From positions 96,001 to 160,000 of the forward strand of contig CAWGMK010000007.1 in assembly GCA_963823655.1 (NCBI GenBank): DNA of 64,000 bases, written 5' to 3'. Shown piece after piece: positions 63,549 to 64,000 of the stretch; positions within the stretch are counted from its first letter, which is position 1; each line of letters opens with the position of its first letter. The notes beneath the pieces were generated by a model. That model worked only from the letters and a program-made list of their open reading frames with translations, was not told where the DNA came from and made no database searches. A program made the position numbers and the translations under genes. This DNA comes from an uncultured Bacillota bacterium. GTDB lineage: Bacteria > Bacillota > DTU025 > MWDF01.

Positions 63549-64000
63549 ATGTCCAAGCTTACGGGGCTGCTTGCTGATACCAGGGAATTTACCGACCTTC
63601 TTGCGGCCGCAGGGCCTTCAGGCAGGCCCGGCATTGCCCGCCTCACAGGGCTTTCCGGCCCTCAGAAGGCTTACGCGTTATCTGCCCTCGCCGAAGCCGA
63701 GGGCGGCCTTCTCATCATGACTTTCAACCAGACGGAGGCCGACAGGCTGGCCTCCGACATGAGGGCTTTTCTGTCGGGATCCCTTCCTGTATTCGAATTC
63801 CCTTTCAAAGACCTGCTGCCATATGAAGAGGCGAGCGCCCCTGCCGACCTTGTAGCAAAGAGGATCGCCGCTATGTCCGGCCTGTCGCGAAAATCCCCCG
63901 GCGTCTATATACTAGCCGCGCGCTCTGCCGCATACAGGCTTATGCCCCCGGACGCTTTCCGCGCCCTGCACCTGGAGCTGGCCCCGAATACCAGCATGGA
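63549..64000 (+). CDS. mfd: Transcription-repair coupling factor, 5' part (runs off the window)
   Basis: GGGAGG RBS; LTGLSG.QKAY, FP..DLLPYE, R...L N-terminal pattern; follows pth. Confidence 0.85.
   Translation, partial: MSKLTGLLADTREFTDLLAAAGPSGRPGIARLTGLSGPQKAYALSALAEAEGGLLIMTFNQTEADRLASDMRAFLSGSLPVFEFPFKDLLPYEEASAPADLVAKRIAAMSGLSRKSPGVYILAARSAAYRLMPPDAFRALHLELAPNTSM

Overview
Replication-origin region of a Bacillota (Firmicutes)-type chromosome. The leftward arm is mnmG-mnmE-jag-yidC-yidD-rnpA-rpmH. The rightward arm is [GHKL-ATPase/wHTH gene]-dnaA-dnaN-S4(yaaA)-recF-DUF721/DciA-ybjQ-gyrB-gyrA. It is followed by an rRNA operon (16S-tRNAIle-tRNAAla-23S, no linked 5S) and the usual Firmicute post-origin genes (gpmI, yaaO, tmk, holB, ricT, yabB, abrB, metG, tatD, yabE, rsmA, ispE, ridA, spoVG, tRNAGln, glmU, prs, pth, partial mfd), interspersed with accessory genes. 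No transposase, integrase or CRISPR array was seen. Main oddities: (1) an orphan GHKL-wHTH gene between the DnaA-box cluster and a divergent dnaA, whose origin uses TTATCAACA boxes; (2) a degenerate RNase H-fold gene with a perfect LexA box inside its promoter; (3) an unlinked 5S with no rnmV at its usual locus; (4) tandem stand-alone E2-like acyltransferase domains lacking the catalytic His; (5) a UGA/SECIS selenoperoxiredoxin in a redox islet after tRNA-Gln; (6) a secreted triple-repeat protein. About 13 small frameshifts in conserved genes look like sequencing errors. All calls come from motif reading; no database search was run.
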